This document shows positions 22,940 to 36,380 of a DNA stretch of 64,000 nucleotides, piece by piece (within the stretch, counting starts at the first letter, position 1; each line of letters starts with the position of its first letter). The stretch lies in NCBI RefSeq assembly GCF_038025025.1, contig NW_027117350.1, forward strand, positions 1,054,001-1,118,000, read 5' to 3'. Position numbers and translations under genes: made by a program. The notes under the pieces are model-generated. The model searched no databases. It worked only from the letters and a program-made list of their open reading frames with translations, and was not told the origin of the DNA. This stretch comes from Phyllosticta citribraziliensis (Eukaryota).

Positions 22940-25002
22940 ATGCACAAAAGCCGCCGTCGTCGCGCGGCCGGGCCGATCCGTAGATCCCAATGCAGAGACA
23001 CAGACGGCGAATGCGCTGCCAATTCGCTGACCGAACGACAACTGCGGAGCCACGGCCTTAGATGCGACAGGAAAGGGGCTGATCAGGACCGCGTGGTGGC
23101 CGTGGCGAGCGACAACATTTACCACCACCACCTCAAACATGCCGCTCTTGCTACCACCACATTTTCTTCTTCACCTCTCGTTACACTTGCGCCGGACGCC
23201 AATAATCGACGACACCACCTTCTAGCGCCCCGCCTGGTCCAAGACAACGACGGAAACGGCCCATTGACCTGGACCTTGCGCGCTTCTTCATTTCACGCAA
23301 TCTCCACGGCGCCTACCACGCTGCAGGTCGTCACATCGACCTCGACATCCGCCTCGCCGACAAGCGCCATCGGCGCCGATGCCGTGCGGACGACCGGCGG
23401 CGCCGAGTGGACCATATCAGACACGTCTCCCAGGCCCGCCGTGAGCTCGAGCTCGACGCCGAGCTCGAATAATCCCGCCGCCATGGGGACCACGGGGCTG
23501 GTTATCGCCGCAATATGCATTGGTCCGTACCGTACCTACATATCCCGTCCGGCGGCCCGTTACTGACCGATGCGCCACAGCTGCCGCTTTGGTGGTCGTC
23601 ATCGTTGCGTTTGGCGTCTATGTTATGCGCACAAAGGGCTTGTCCTTTTCAGATGTGTTTAGACGCAAAGCGAGACCGCGGCATAGGATTGACCGTACCT
23701 ATGATATTGCAAAGCCCACTGTGCATCGCATGCCGGCGTATGCTTGGGATGACCGCAAACCGCCGTCCTACTCTCAGAGCGTGCCTTTGCCGCGGCGTCC
23801 TGAGCCAGCCGCGACACGAACGACGGAGAGCGCCTCGAGGTACACGCCCGCTGGCCCCCAAAGCGGCCTGCTAAAGTGAGTTTGTGCGTCGATCTGCTAG
23901 ATATGAGTCTGACCAGAGCAGACCTACTCCGCGACCAAGCACTCCTCCGGGCTTCAAGAGCCCATCCAACACCAGCTTCCTCGACGACGCAAGTCCCCCA
24001 CGCAACAGTTCTCGCCTATCACACCACAGCCGGCAGCCCAGCTCTCCCACCACGCTCCCCCTTCAACGCCAACACTCCCACGCCTCCATCGTCAGCGACC
24101 ACACGGCTCCTCCCCTCTTCCTCCCACCCCAAGACGATGCTCCGCGAGAAAACAGCTTCTACCGCTCGCGCGAAAGCAGCGTCAATCTGTCCCGCGAAAG
24201 CAGCCTCACCCGCTCCCGCTCCCGCGACGGCGACGTCGACGGCGGCCTGAACCGACCTCGGGCCAATTGCGTCGAGGCCCCGCGCGAGCGCGAAACGTCG
24301 TTCCTCGCCGCCGAAGCAGAAGAAGAAGAAGACGACGACACGCTCCCGGCCACTATGACCAACCTGCCCGTCCCCGGCTCCGGCTTCCAGCACTTCATGG
24401 CGAACCGGCCCGGCCCCACCTCGCGCGCGCGCGGGCTGACGCAATCGTCGCAATCGTCGACGACGCTGCTCTCGCCGTCGCTGCTGTCGTCGCCGTTCGA
24501 CGCGTCGTTTGGCTTAGGATCAGGGGCAGGGGGAGCGGGAGGAGGCGAGCAGCATCAGTATCAGCGCGAGAGCACGGCCAGCACGGCGCGCTTCCGCTCC
24601 GTCGACTCGTGGGTCGGCCAGCAGACGTCGCGCATCGAGAGCACCGAGTTCCGCAACCAGCCGCTCTTCTCGTTTCAACGGCAGAACAGCGCGGGGCTGG
24701 GGCAGGTGGACGAAGGGCAGGCTGGGTGGAGGGGCGACGACGAGCCAGCGCTGCCGCTACCACCAGATGGTTCCGTCGGCCTGTATAGAGACGGCGGCGG
24801 CGGCGGCGGTGGTGGCGGTAGTGGTGGATTGTCGGCGGCGCAGGCTGCTGCTGCTGCTGCTGCTGGCCATCGCCGCCAGAACACTAATTACAGCGATGCG
24901 ACGGTGTTTAGGGTGCATCCGGGCAGCGAGATCAAGATTCCGCGCGGCAGCCTCGTTCCTAGCGAGGTGCTGGATGCTAACATGGTGCCGAGTGCTCTGT
25001 GA
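22940..25002 (+). CDS. Single-pass membrane protein with S/T-rich N-region and long disordered cytoplasmic tail
   Basis: TM segment GLVIAAICI/AAALVVVIVAFGVYVM spans intron 23523-23580; second intron 23876-23921. Tail motifs ARFRSVDSWVGQQ and VFRVHPGSEIKIPRGSLVPSEVLD. Start is ambiguous (22940 or 23483). Confidence 0.6.
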
Positions 25003-25481
25003 GCGAGCATCTCAGTTTCCTCCGGACCAGTGGACATTCCTTTTCTTGTGGTGGGCATTGGGACGGCGTATCGCTCTGCACTCTACTGTACCGTCTTAAA
25101 TGATGTACAAACACAACTTTTCCACTTTACTTTATGGCGGCGCCTGTTGATTGGGCTTTGGCACCATCGTAGCATGTATAGCGCGGGTACAGCGGGGCAT
25201 AGCATAGCATATACACATTAGCATAGCGCAAGGGGCGGACGCACTGTGGGCATTTATTTACATGTATGGATGGATGGAATGTTGAGGAATACAGGGGGAA
25301 AGTCTTGAGCGCATCTTTCTCTTCATTTCTGGCACAGTGTTTGGGTACTGTGTGGATTGGGGACATGTGTAGATGACACCAACTAACTATGTACACAAAC
25401 CATGCCACAAACTCGATTCGTCCCGTCCACTCCCGCCCCACCTACCTACGGCTGCAAAAGAAAGATCATGGCCAAAACCAT

Positions 25482-26340
25482 CTAGCCGTCACTCCCATTC
25501 TCCTCCCTCTGCCCCTGTTTCCTCCCCTCCCCACCCCCCTGCGGCTCCCTAACCATGCAAAACAACTCGACCTTCTCGCCCTCATCGTCACACACCATGA
25601 CCTTTCGCACCTCAAACCCCATGCGCGCATAAATCGCCGTATTGGGCCGATCGCGACTACTCTCCAAATAGCAGCGCCGGCGCTCAGCATCCGCGCGCGC
25701 CAGCACCGCCCCCATCAGCGCCCTCCCGACGCCGCGGCCCTGCGCCTCGGGCGCCACAGCAACGATGTTGCAGAAGTAGTAGCCGTCGGGGTCGTCCCAG
25801 AGCGCGGCTTGCGCGGATGCCTGCGCCGCTTTCCAGATGCGGTAGCGGTGTAGCAGCAGCCCGCCGCGGCCGAGGTGGTACATGTTGTTGAGGAGCGCGC
25901 GCAGCGAGAGGAGGTGCAGCGAGAGGGCGAAGGAGGCCGAGGAGGATGCGTTGGGCGGCAGCCACATGGCGACGCCGAGGATGCGCGACGGCGCGTCCGT
26001 GTCGCGCGCGATGTGGAAGATGCCGTGTTGGATGCCCCAGTGGCAGCGGAGCGAGAGGGACGAGTGGTTGCGCGCGCGGTTGAACTGGGGCCGTGTGGTT
26101 AGGTATTTGGGTATATTGTATGGAGGCGTGGGGTGTGAATTGAGACGATACAGGTAGGTGTTGAGAAGATACATGTTGAGGAGATACATGTTGAGAAGAT
26201 ACGTGTAGTAGATGGGGCGCACTTACCGTTGCTTTGTCAAACACCCAGTTCGCGTACGGGTCGTCCGCGAACGCCCGCTGGATGACGTCGACCGCGCCGT
26301 CGATGTCGGCGGCCGTCATCTGCGACACTTCGATTGGCAT
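25482..26340 (-). CDS. GNAT-family N-acetyltransferase
   Basis: VAVAPEAQGRGVGRALM acetyl-CoA motif and CYLESS..PNTAIYARMGF; intron 26085-26226. Confidence 0.88.
26160..26204. repeat. 15-bp tandem repeat x3 inside GNAT intron
   Basis: GTTGAGAAGATACAT GTTGAGGAGATACAT GTTGAGAAGATACGT. Confidence 0.85.
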
Positions 26341-26962
26341 TTTGCTCTTTTGCTCTTTTTCCTCTTCTTCTGTGCTTCTCTTCTTGGGTTACTCTTCCGC
26401 CTCTCAGCCCAGCCTTCCTTTCCTTCTCTTTTCTGCTTTCGCCGCTCACTGCCGCCGAGTGCTGTTCTGCTCTGATGTGCGCCGCTCACCGCACTACCCC
26501 GTCTCAATTCCAATGCCAGCTCACCTCGACGCGTATCCAAGCTCTTTCGTTTCGACTGACGGGACAATTGCAGAGCAGGGGAGCCGTGCACACGCAGCGA
26601 CCTTCGACACCAGAAAAATCGTGAAAAGAAAAAGACTCGGGTTGCGCACGACGTGGTGTTGATGATAAGTGGGGTGTGGCAGGTGGGTTGACGTTCCGCA
26701 CGGCGGCCTGCAGGGTCCGGCAGCAAGCTTGATGCTCGATTGGGAAGGTCGATGCGGCTTGACCAGATAGTGGATCTGTTTTGTGTCATGCATGCTGCCA
26801 CGCCGTGATAGCATTGCCCAGTGCCAGCACGAGAGGATACCCGTCTAGCTTTGGGTGTTTGGTGTTGGGGCAACGAGGACGCGAAGAAATGTCTTTTATA
26901 TCTATAGATATTCTCGTGTCTTCTGGTCTCGGCAAAAATGCTCTCAGCGACGGACGTGCTCG

Positions 26963-29900
26963 TCAACACCACGCACTCCAGCCGGCATACAAGACGGCCA
27001 AGTTGCGCTCATCCGTCGCCTGCTGGATCAGCTCTGCCACAGCCGCCGCACTACTCAACGCCTTGCTCAACTTCCTCTCGACAACACTCAGGGCCCTGCC
27101 AGCCTCGCCGACGCCCTCCTCGGCCGTCTTGCGGCTGGCCACTCTCAGAATCTGCTGCTCCTCCCACTCCTCGCCGCCCGCGTTGGGCGCCTCGTCGCCC
27201 TCCTGCATCTTCTTGGCTTTGAGCGGCGAGATGCTCCACGAGTAGAGCGGGTCGTAGCGCAGCACGTTGAGAATCGTCATGATCGAGTCGCGCTCGTCGC
27301 GCAGCGTGTCCAGCGTGAACTCGCAGCACCGCCGGAACACGCCCTCAGTCCCCGTATACCCCATGGCGTCGACAATGTCGCGCGTCAGCCGGAACGGCAC
27401 CACTTCTGGCACTGGCAACACGCGCCCCGCCTCAAAGGCGACTCCCAAGTCGATGTGTACCACCTCGCCCGTCGTCTGGTCCAGCAGGATGTTGTGGCAG
27501 TGCCGGTCGCCGAGGCCTAGAACGTGGCCTAGTATGCTGATGGCCGCCGTCGAGCGCGCGTACGCCAGGCGCTTCTCGAACCAGTCATCTGGGTCAGGGA
27601 ATCGCTCGAGGAAGAAGAAGCGCAGCACTGGGTTGAAGTGTTTGCACACGTTCTTGTACGTCTTGATGCGCTCTTCGTGCGTGTGGGCCGCGATTCCGGC
27701 GATCTCCTCGCGACACTTGTTCTGCCTCCAGTCCTTGGGGTAGTACTGCTGGTGCGCGCGGTCGAGATACGACATGAGTGGCAAGGTGTTTTGAACAAAC
27801 TCGATGACGCCGGTCTTGGGAGAGAGCGGGACAACGCGATACGTTCGGATATGGAGATTGCGCAGCCGCGTCGCCGGATGGCTTCGCAGCAGTTGACTGA
27901 CGTGCTCAAAAACCTGTTCCATGATGGCATCTTGTCGGAGGTCATCGTTTCCAGATTTGTACTGCAGACATCAGCATTGGTCAAAGCAGCGCCTGCGTCA
28001 AGTTCGCACTCACCAGTTGCTTATATGGCCTTCCATCACTCGTGAGTGCAGTCACCACCTTGGGCTGACTCAGACCATTGGCTATGCCCATGGTAGGCTT
28101 GAAGCCAGCAATGTATGGGAGATGCTTGTAGTCGTTGAAACTTGCATACACAGGAATATGCATCGTGATGGGTGGAATTTGGAGAGTGGGTATCGTGGTG
28201 CTCATGTGTTTGGAAGTCGTGTACTTGGCCATGGTGTAGTCTTTTCCACTCCTGAACTCTTTTTCGTTCATCAAAGCCATGGCGTGGTAATGTTCGTTTG
28301 CTCGGTAAATCTTTTCCCAGTAGACTCGAGCGTTCTTATCCCCTTGCAATAAGTGAGCAACAGCGGTCGCTGCGGCGCTACGCGACTTGGCAGCCTCATC
28401 CTTCATGTTCGCCTTGGAACCCGAGTAAATGTGATTCATGCCGTGATATGGATGATTTGCACAAATACGGGCGACGAGATCAGTCAGGATATTTTGGAAT
28501 TCCGACTTTTCGGCCTGCAGTTTCGACGACATTTGGTTCATTAGCACCACGAATTTGCCCTTTGGCACTGCGTCGACATGTTCGCCGACGGCATCATTGG
28601 CCAGTGAGAGATGCGAATACTCGAGCCATAGGGAAAACATGCGAAAGACATCCTTGTCGTGCTCCTCAGAAGCTGAGAGGGCAAGCAAGTAGTTCGCAAG
28701 GCTTCCGGTGAGGAACTCAACGCGGTTTTCGCTCAGCCTATGCGCTTCTTGCATGTCCATGTTGAACCATTTGCGGGCTTTTCTCGCCTCGCGCTTCAGG
28801 GTTTCTTTTCTGTTGGCATTCCGCTCGGCTTTTGCCAATCTCTCAAACTCCTGAGCGTCGGCCTCACGACGTTGAGCAAGTGTCTGCATGCGATTGTGGT
28901 CATCGATGAGGTCCTGGCTCTGGAGTTGTTGGTCGCAAAACGCGGCGTAGGCATGGTACGCTCGTCCAGCATCTTTGCCAGTTTTGTGTTTCAGCTCCTC
29001 GATGGCAGGTTTCATGTAGTCCTCGGTGATCTCATCGGGCTTTTTCAGTCTTGCTTCGGACGTGTAGTTGCCCTTTTTGTGGTTAGCTTTTGAAGCATTC
29101 ATCTGTTGTGACATTACATACCAGCATCGTTAGGAGCGCCGCGCGAGAGACGACATGATCTCCATCTGCGTTTCTCGTCTCCTCTTCGAGTTTCTGCAAC
29201 ATTCTGACTGACGTTGTTTTTTCGCCTTGGTCCCATAGGACCAGAGCAATTTGATATTTGGCGTCCGCTTCTGTCTCCAGCTGGATTTTGCGACAGGGTT
29301 CTACTAGGTCCATGAGGTAAGTTGCGGCGGTGAGAGACTCTTGCAAGGCGCCATGTCGCCTGAAAATGTCAACAGAATCGGTGAGTGCCTCCTGTTGGCA
29401 GCGCCTAAGTTCCTTGGGCGTAGTGTCGACCATAGATTGCAAGCTTGAGTTTTTGGACATGAGACTGAATAGCGTTTCTCGCGATGAAATTATTGGCCGG
29501 AAATCCTCAACCCTGACCGAGTCAGCTGAGCAGCATCGAGTGACAGTTCAGACTTACCGAGCTCGATCAAACCATGTTGTTCGATTGGTGACCATGTCCC
29601 AGGTGCCAAACAATTCCTTTTCGCTCTTGGAGCTCACGATCTCGTCGATTTCATTCAGGGTGGCCATGGTCCGAAACGATGAATGAAGAAGTTTTGCAGA
29701 TGCATTCAGACCAGAGCACAAGTCCATTACCTCAAGGAAACTCTGGTTCAGATGCTTGCGAACAGTGGCAACATCATTCGAGTTGTGCAATCCCTGAAAT
29801 GCTCTGTACAGAGCAGTCGTATCAGACTTTTGTGTGACGGGCGCCCTGATTTCCCATTGTTCGAGCTTCTGCGCCGCTTCAAGAGTATAGTCAATGTTGC

Positions 29901-32900
29901 TCCCAGAGCCTTGGAACTTGTCATTGACCAACAGGGAATGCGTCAAACTGTTGAGATTCAGCATCGTCAGATCTTTGACCATCTTTCCCGATTCGGCCAT
30001 GGAAATGTTGTTGGACATGCGCAAATGGCTGTCCATTTGGGCTCCATGAAAGAGTAAACCTTTCAATCCATCTGATTCGTGGTCGAGGCGATCCAGCACA
30101 CTCGATAGACCTGCCTCCTGCTCCACGCCGTAAAAACAATCAGGCTCCTCCAAGTTCCTGTATATGGACATTTGAAGTTCAAGGGAGATTGGCTGGTGAG
30201 AGGGCATCACAGAAGAGCGTCGTGACGTGTGAGCCGGCTGATCCGAGTGGCATTCTGCAAACAGAAGTGCGGCCGTGTACATTCCGCATTTGACGGCCGC
30301 CTCAGCGGCCTTGTGGTAATCGATGTCGAGCCACAGCACACGATCAGCCATCGTGCGCTCCATAGGCATCTCTTGCGTTCGAAGGTAGAGAATTGCGCGG
30401 ATGATGGCCTTGACATGGGGCACTTCTGAATCTGTAAACCGCATAAACCAAGTCCCGAACGCGCCTGAAATGATCTGTCTGAGTTTTTGATTGCCATCAA
30501 GATCCTTTTCCAGAACCACATGCAGGATGTAAGGGAAAAGCTCTTCGGCAGAAGAATGGACCCTGGATAGAAGCCTTGGTAGAAATTCAATCACACCGTC
30601 TCCAGGGGTAGAGGCCGCAAGCGAGATACACAGACCCGCGATCCAAGATGACAAGGTTCTGGACTCACTTGGAAGAAGACTCTCCTCCAGGCTTTGTTTC
30701 GTCTTTGGCTGAGGCAAGGGAATCTGGTACGCATCATTCATGGTCATGCCTTCCATGACCACCAACGGTAGGACTTGTCCAATTTCTTGCAAAAGTTCTT
30801 TGCTGGGCGGCGAGGACAAAATGGCTCGAAGAGTCTGTTCGGCAAGACCAGTATTGAAAGGCTGCTCGCCTTGGAGAAGGTCATCGAGGTGGGCAACAAT
30901 CAACATGCGGGAAGTCCTGTTTCCTCGATTCTTTGCAATATTGGCTCCGTTGCTGCTTCTGGCGGCCCTTCGAATTTTTTCTTGCACCTCGCCGCTTGCG
31001 CTGTAGCTTCTTCCCAGGACCTTCGCTGCCCACAAGAGATATTCTCGGCTGTTGTTTGATCTTTGGCTGGAGTTCCAGACTTCGAGAGCGTACAAATAGG
31101 CACTATTTGCCTCGCCAAGAACGTCTTCCCGAAAAGATGACGGTGGTTGAAAGTGGCGGAAGAGAAACGTGAAGGCCAGATCTCGGGACGGTTCATCAAG
31201 GACCTTTTTGGGCTGGGATGAATCCTTGAGCAACGCCATCAGCAGATCACTTTCTGGGGTGTCGACACTAGCATTTCCACTTGTCCGTAATTCGCCAGCT
31301 GCTTTCGCAATGGCCCGAAAGACTTTCAAGCTTGTTTGCGTGTCTTTGTCTCGTGTGTCTTTGCCCATCTCGTTTACGCAAGTCTCAATGTAGGACCTGA
31401 ACCACTTGCGAAATACAGTCGCTTTTTCCACAGCTGTGTTGTTTTCTCGAGAAGACGAGAGCAGGCTGTGCAGGGAAAACAGTATGGAAGTGGTATTGCC
31501 TGAGAGGCATGACAGATTCGCAATGAGGTGGGGCTTTCCGTGCACAAACAGATATTGCAGGATGCCGATTGTGTCTTCAGCGCAGTGGATATCCGTCAAA
31601 TACGGCCTAAGCGAAGCGAGGGTCATTTGCAGAGGGTAGCCGTCCCAAGCAATCGGCCCCGCGAGGGCAACCAAGAAGCGAACCTTTCGTATGACAGAGC
31701 AAGCGTGCTGAGAGCCGAGAGCAGGGTGAATCTTGCTGAGCAGATACCTAAAGACGTAGGCGAAGCAATCAGCTGTCCAAAACGACTCCGCGTTGAAATT
31801 TGCGCGACGCAGAGTGCGCTTGATCAAATCGAAAATATGCTTCGACCTGAAAACTGGCTGTTGGTCAGAAGGTAGCTCCGCGGCTGACGAACCAAAGTCC
31901 TGCATTTCCCGAAGATATTGTATCAAGGGGCGGAACTCGGGGTTTCTTTCAATACCCTTTTCGATGGAATTGTCCATCTGCGTAGCAAAGATGAAGATAG
32001 CGAGAATGCAGGGGAATTGCTGGCCAATGAGAGCTTTCCATCGGCTATCCCCAAGCAGCTCTTTCATGGCATTCTCGCGCTTCTCCTGTACGTCTTTGGT
32101 TTTGTCGGGGTAAGTGTCATAGGCAATAACGTAGGCGGCTGTCTTTGGTAGGCTGGCGATGGCTAGATCGACTTGGTCAGCCTGAAGCTGACCAACCAGG
32201 AAATCAATGTCGTCCCTTTGGCCAAACATGGCAAGTTGACTGTAGACTTCGCCTGAGACATCTCGCAGAAGACTGGGAAGATCACGATACCCAAAAGCGG
32301 CGAAAGGTATCGTGCTCAGTCCTTGGTCGCTCTTGATCCACGTGTGGATCAGCTGGGGTGCAAAGATTCGGAAAAGCTCCCGCGAGTCTTCGAGTTTCAA
32401 GGCTTTTGATACCCAAGTGTTGCATTTTGCAGCATGTCCGCTGCTTTCCGGAACTATTCCCGCCGTCTCGAAGATGTGGTACACACAGCGACGCAATAAA
32501 GAATGCCACGCCGCCCCAAGACGAGCATACCCCAACATTCGAAGTGCCATCTTCTCGACGGAACTAGAATCTTCTGGTAAGTTTTCGTGTACACCATTGA
32601 AAACTTCGTCGTGGGTCTCGATGGCGTAAAGGCCAAAAACTTGAGGAAGACTCTCAATGACATGGTATTTGACCAAGACATTTCCCTGTTTGAGGATCCA
32701 AAAGAGGCTTGCGCGCACATCCGGCAGCCCCGATTCCTTGAGCTTATCAAGCTGTTCACTGGCAGGCTGATGCTTTTCAGAAGATGGCCGATCAGGTCGT
32801 TGATTGTTCGGCCGTATTTCTTGCAGCTTCAGCTTTCTGGCGTAGTCAGGCTGTACTTTGAGGAGCTTGCAAAATAGTCTCGACGCTTGGATGAGAACAT

Positions 32901-35900
32901 CAGGCGACGCGGTACCGGCGTTCAGGATGTTGATGATCCACTCATACAAATCGGCACCGAAACCATATGCCGCTGAGTCTGGATCGCTCCAGAGCTCCAC
33001 GGTTCCAGCCAAAAGCTCGGCGACAAGGCATATGGCTACCTCGCTGCGTTCGTGGTCATATTCCGGCAATATTTCGTCACCGGCGTATCCCAAAAGCGCA
33101 TCGAAGTCCTTGGAAGTGAGCTGCAATGACGATGAAAAGGCCTCGACAATGAATTCTCTGGAGGACATGAACTCCGCTGGTGGCAATGAGACCATGTAGT
33201 CCAGGAAGGTCTGGGGAATACTGGTATCCGCATCCTGTACCTCTAAAGCCGCCGCCATGAATGCCAGTTTCGAAGCAATCGTGGAGCGTGATGCGTGCAG
33301 ACTACTTCTGGCTGTCAAGGTGTCCCGAGGGGAGTCATAACGATCTTGCTTGGCGGTTTTACCACTTCGTTGAGAGTCGAATTCGTCATCAATTTCCATG
33401 GCATCCTTCTTATTAGTTTTGCGATCACTCAAAGCCCGAGAAAAATGTTTGGCCATCCTAGACCTTGCGATTCCGTCGATTTGCACAGCATGTAGAGACT
33501 CGAGATTCGCAAGACCTGGGAGACTTGGAGCAAGAGTCTCCAGAGCAGTATCAACTAGGGGCTGATCAAAATCTGGGGTTGCCGCGAGACTCGATAGCTC
33601 TTTGGCCAACTTTTCGCTACCATGCCGTAGCGGCTCCATTGCCGGTTTGATCCAGGAAAGCTGTACAGTCACCAAACAAAGGACCATGATTGAATGGATC
33701 AATTCATGACTCAGGACCGATGTCCGGCCACTCCGGTGGCCTTCGAGGTGCTGTAGTGCCTGCTCGATGTGCGACACGCAAAAGTCCAACACTATTTTCT
33801 CGTTGGTGGCAGACCGACGTTGGTGTGATGATACATTGACCTGTCTCGGTTCCACGGCGAAATCTTCCGTCTCGGTCTGGACGATTAGGTAGTCAACCAA
33901 TTCCGGGCATTGGCCGGTCCGTAGGGCCGATATTGCGACAGGCCCTAGGTTTGAAAAGGAATGTTGTGCGTGCGATGGTACTGGAAAGTCCGTGGTGCTG
34001 CAGAGAAGTCGAATAATATCCCAGGCGTCGTAGTTGTGAGACGTGTGAAGACGTCCGTTGGCCTGGCCTGTAGGACATGAGTCGAATGCCCGAGAAATAG
34101 TGAGCTTGGGAACTTACAAGGGTTCCATTTCGAGGAAAACCAACGAAGCATTCGTTCGAGGACCGTGTCCAAGCTGTGCGGGCTCTCTGTACTTCTGACG
34201 TCAACGATGCTGATCCACAGGGAGGCAGCAGCCTCATTGAAAGAGGCAGGTCCATTCAGCTCGACAGATGAGATGATTGCGTCAGAAGTCTCCAAAACCA
34301 CAGGCGAGTCAACCAGGCCCAGACGTAAAATCACGTCCATTACATGCGCAGCAGCCCGTGACGAGGACTCCGAGCCAAGATTTCTCGAGGAAAGTTGCCA
34401 GGCGATTGTCCAAAGAGGCTTGAATTCTGCAGACGTTGCAGCCGATTGTACAGCACATCTGTATCACCTTGTCAGCAAAGGCAAGGAGACGTATGAAACA
34501 GAAACTCACGCAGCAGCTCCGAGCATCGCCCAACTACTTATCATCGCATTGGCGTCAGATATGTGCGAAATCAATCTTTCGAGCATAGCGCGAACGGCCT
34601 CAGCGCTGTGGCCTACCTGCTGAACCATGAAGGAAGCAACTTGGAGGAAATGAAGTCTCGTTGATGGCTGCGGGTTCGCAATTTCTCGAACACAGTCTTC
34701 GAAATGCTCCAGTGCTCGCGGCCTCTTGGCCCCATTGACATCAGACGCTGCCCGTTTTTGACGAGTTGCATCGAGCACGTTTGAAAAATACGCAGTCAAG
34801 TGAAGTTTGGCGTATTGCTGCTCGGAACGAGTGCTTCCTTGCTTGAGTCGAAACACTGGTAGAATGAAGGGTGATTGCTCGCGAGGCCAGTCTTTTTCAC
34901 AGCGGAAGCGGAGGTCGTCAATCTGCAGCTGATCACGCTCCCCCCGTCTGACAGAGTCGTGGTTCAGGGTTTCTACGAGGCTTGCAACGTCTGATCGTAC
35001 ATCCATCGACTGACCATTCGGCGAGCGTAGCATGTATGCGACATGGGCTCTGCTGTGCAGCAGAGTAGCCAACATTTCGTCCCGGACGGCAGAAAGCTTT
35101 GTGGGCCAGAATTTCCTCACCAGCGGGATGAGCCTTGGTATTGCTTGCTGGACCAATGTAACAGATTCCAGGTGAACTTTCAGAATAACCGCATTGATGG
35201 CTGCAAAGGCATCGACTTGGGGTTGGCTCAGGCTCCTCGTGGTCGCGAGCCACTCGATCAGCGTGGACAAAATAGGTTCCGCAAATTCAATGGGGGCGTT
35301 GGGAGCCGACACGAGATTTTTGAGACTGGCTACTAGATCATCGGCTAAGCCGTAGGTATCTGCAGCTTGTCGCTGGCTACCAATGACCAGATCGGACCTT
35401 GCTGTGGACTCAGGCTGCATCGGCGTGGCTGCCCTAGGAGTGCCAGACCTTGCAGCATGGTCTCCATGATGTCCGCTGGAATACTGCGACGGTGAGGAAT
35501 GCTCGGAGATCCCTCTCATGCAGAACTCCGCGAGCCTGTTCCACATAGTCGGTTCCAAATGCTCGACATGAGGCGGGTGATCCAGGACAAGACGCAGGCA
35601 CTTGGCATACCCATGGGCGATAGGCTCGAAGAAGTCGTTGACAGGAGCCCTGAGCAATTCCATAAAGTGACTGACAACCAAGGTCAACGTGCTCACGCGC
35701 ATTTGCGTGACTCCGGCTGTCACGACAAGCCTTACGAGTTGACTCCATGTGAGCAGTCTCCGCCTGGCCTTGCCTTTGGCGGAGTTGGAATTGTCTACAG
35801 CTCTTGACTTTGAAAACGCTCCCCATTCTTCATCGATGCGTTCGGTCAAAGTAATGAAGATTTTCCTGCAAGTTGCGTTGGCGAGACCACCCGATTTGAG

Positions 35901-36063
35901 CGTGAGCTGCTGCAGGGTTTCTTTGAACTCTTCCTCCCCGTGCTCTCGGTCTTCTTTCTTGGCTGCAGCCCTAATAGTTTCTGCAAGCACACGGTTAGTG
36001 AAGCCAGGGAATAAAAGAGATCCAACAAATACCAAGAGCATCGAGTAGGGTTCGTGCTGCCAT
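26963..36063 (-). CDS. TEL1: Serine/threonine PIKK kinase Tel1/ATM
   Basis: N-terminal TAN-like [23 protein letters not shown] (intron 35981-36032), HEAT/FAT region, kinase motifs [16 protein letters not shown] and VPFRLTRD, and FATC end [12 protein letters not shown]. About six short introns link the ORF blocks. Confidence 0.93.
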
Positions 36064-36380
36064 ATCGAAGGGCGTTGGCGCAATCCGAGCGCCAGGTTCA
36101 AGGAGCTCAAGACGCGCAGCCGCACGTATTCTGCATCGTAACAGACAGAGTGAAGGTTGTCGCTGCAAAATTGTAGGCAGGCGCGACGTGCTTGGAGGGC
36201 GCGACGGGATGGTGTTGAGTCTCGGAGGTGATGCGGAGTATCTGTGCGCGTCAAGCGTCGGCGGCTCGGCGCGTTGTTTTCTGGTGGCCGCCAGTCGTGA
36301 AGCTACTCCGTCCAAACAAAGCTCCACCAGCTTCTCCCCGAAATCCCACGCCACGCAGCATTGCGGTGGAGCTTGCTGTC

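Noticed and set aside
35995..36354. Upstream ORF starts at 36254/36354 as the TEL1 N-terminus
   Set aside because: These are non-ATG starts; the ATG at 36063 plus a canonical intron gives a TAN-like N-terminus.
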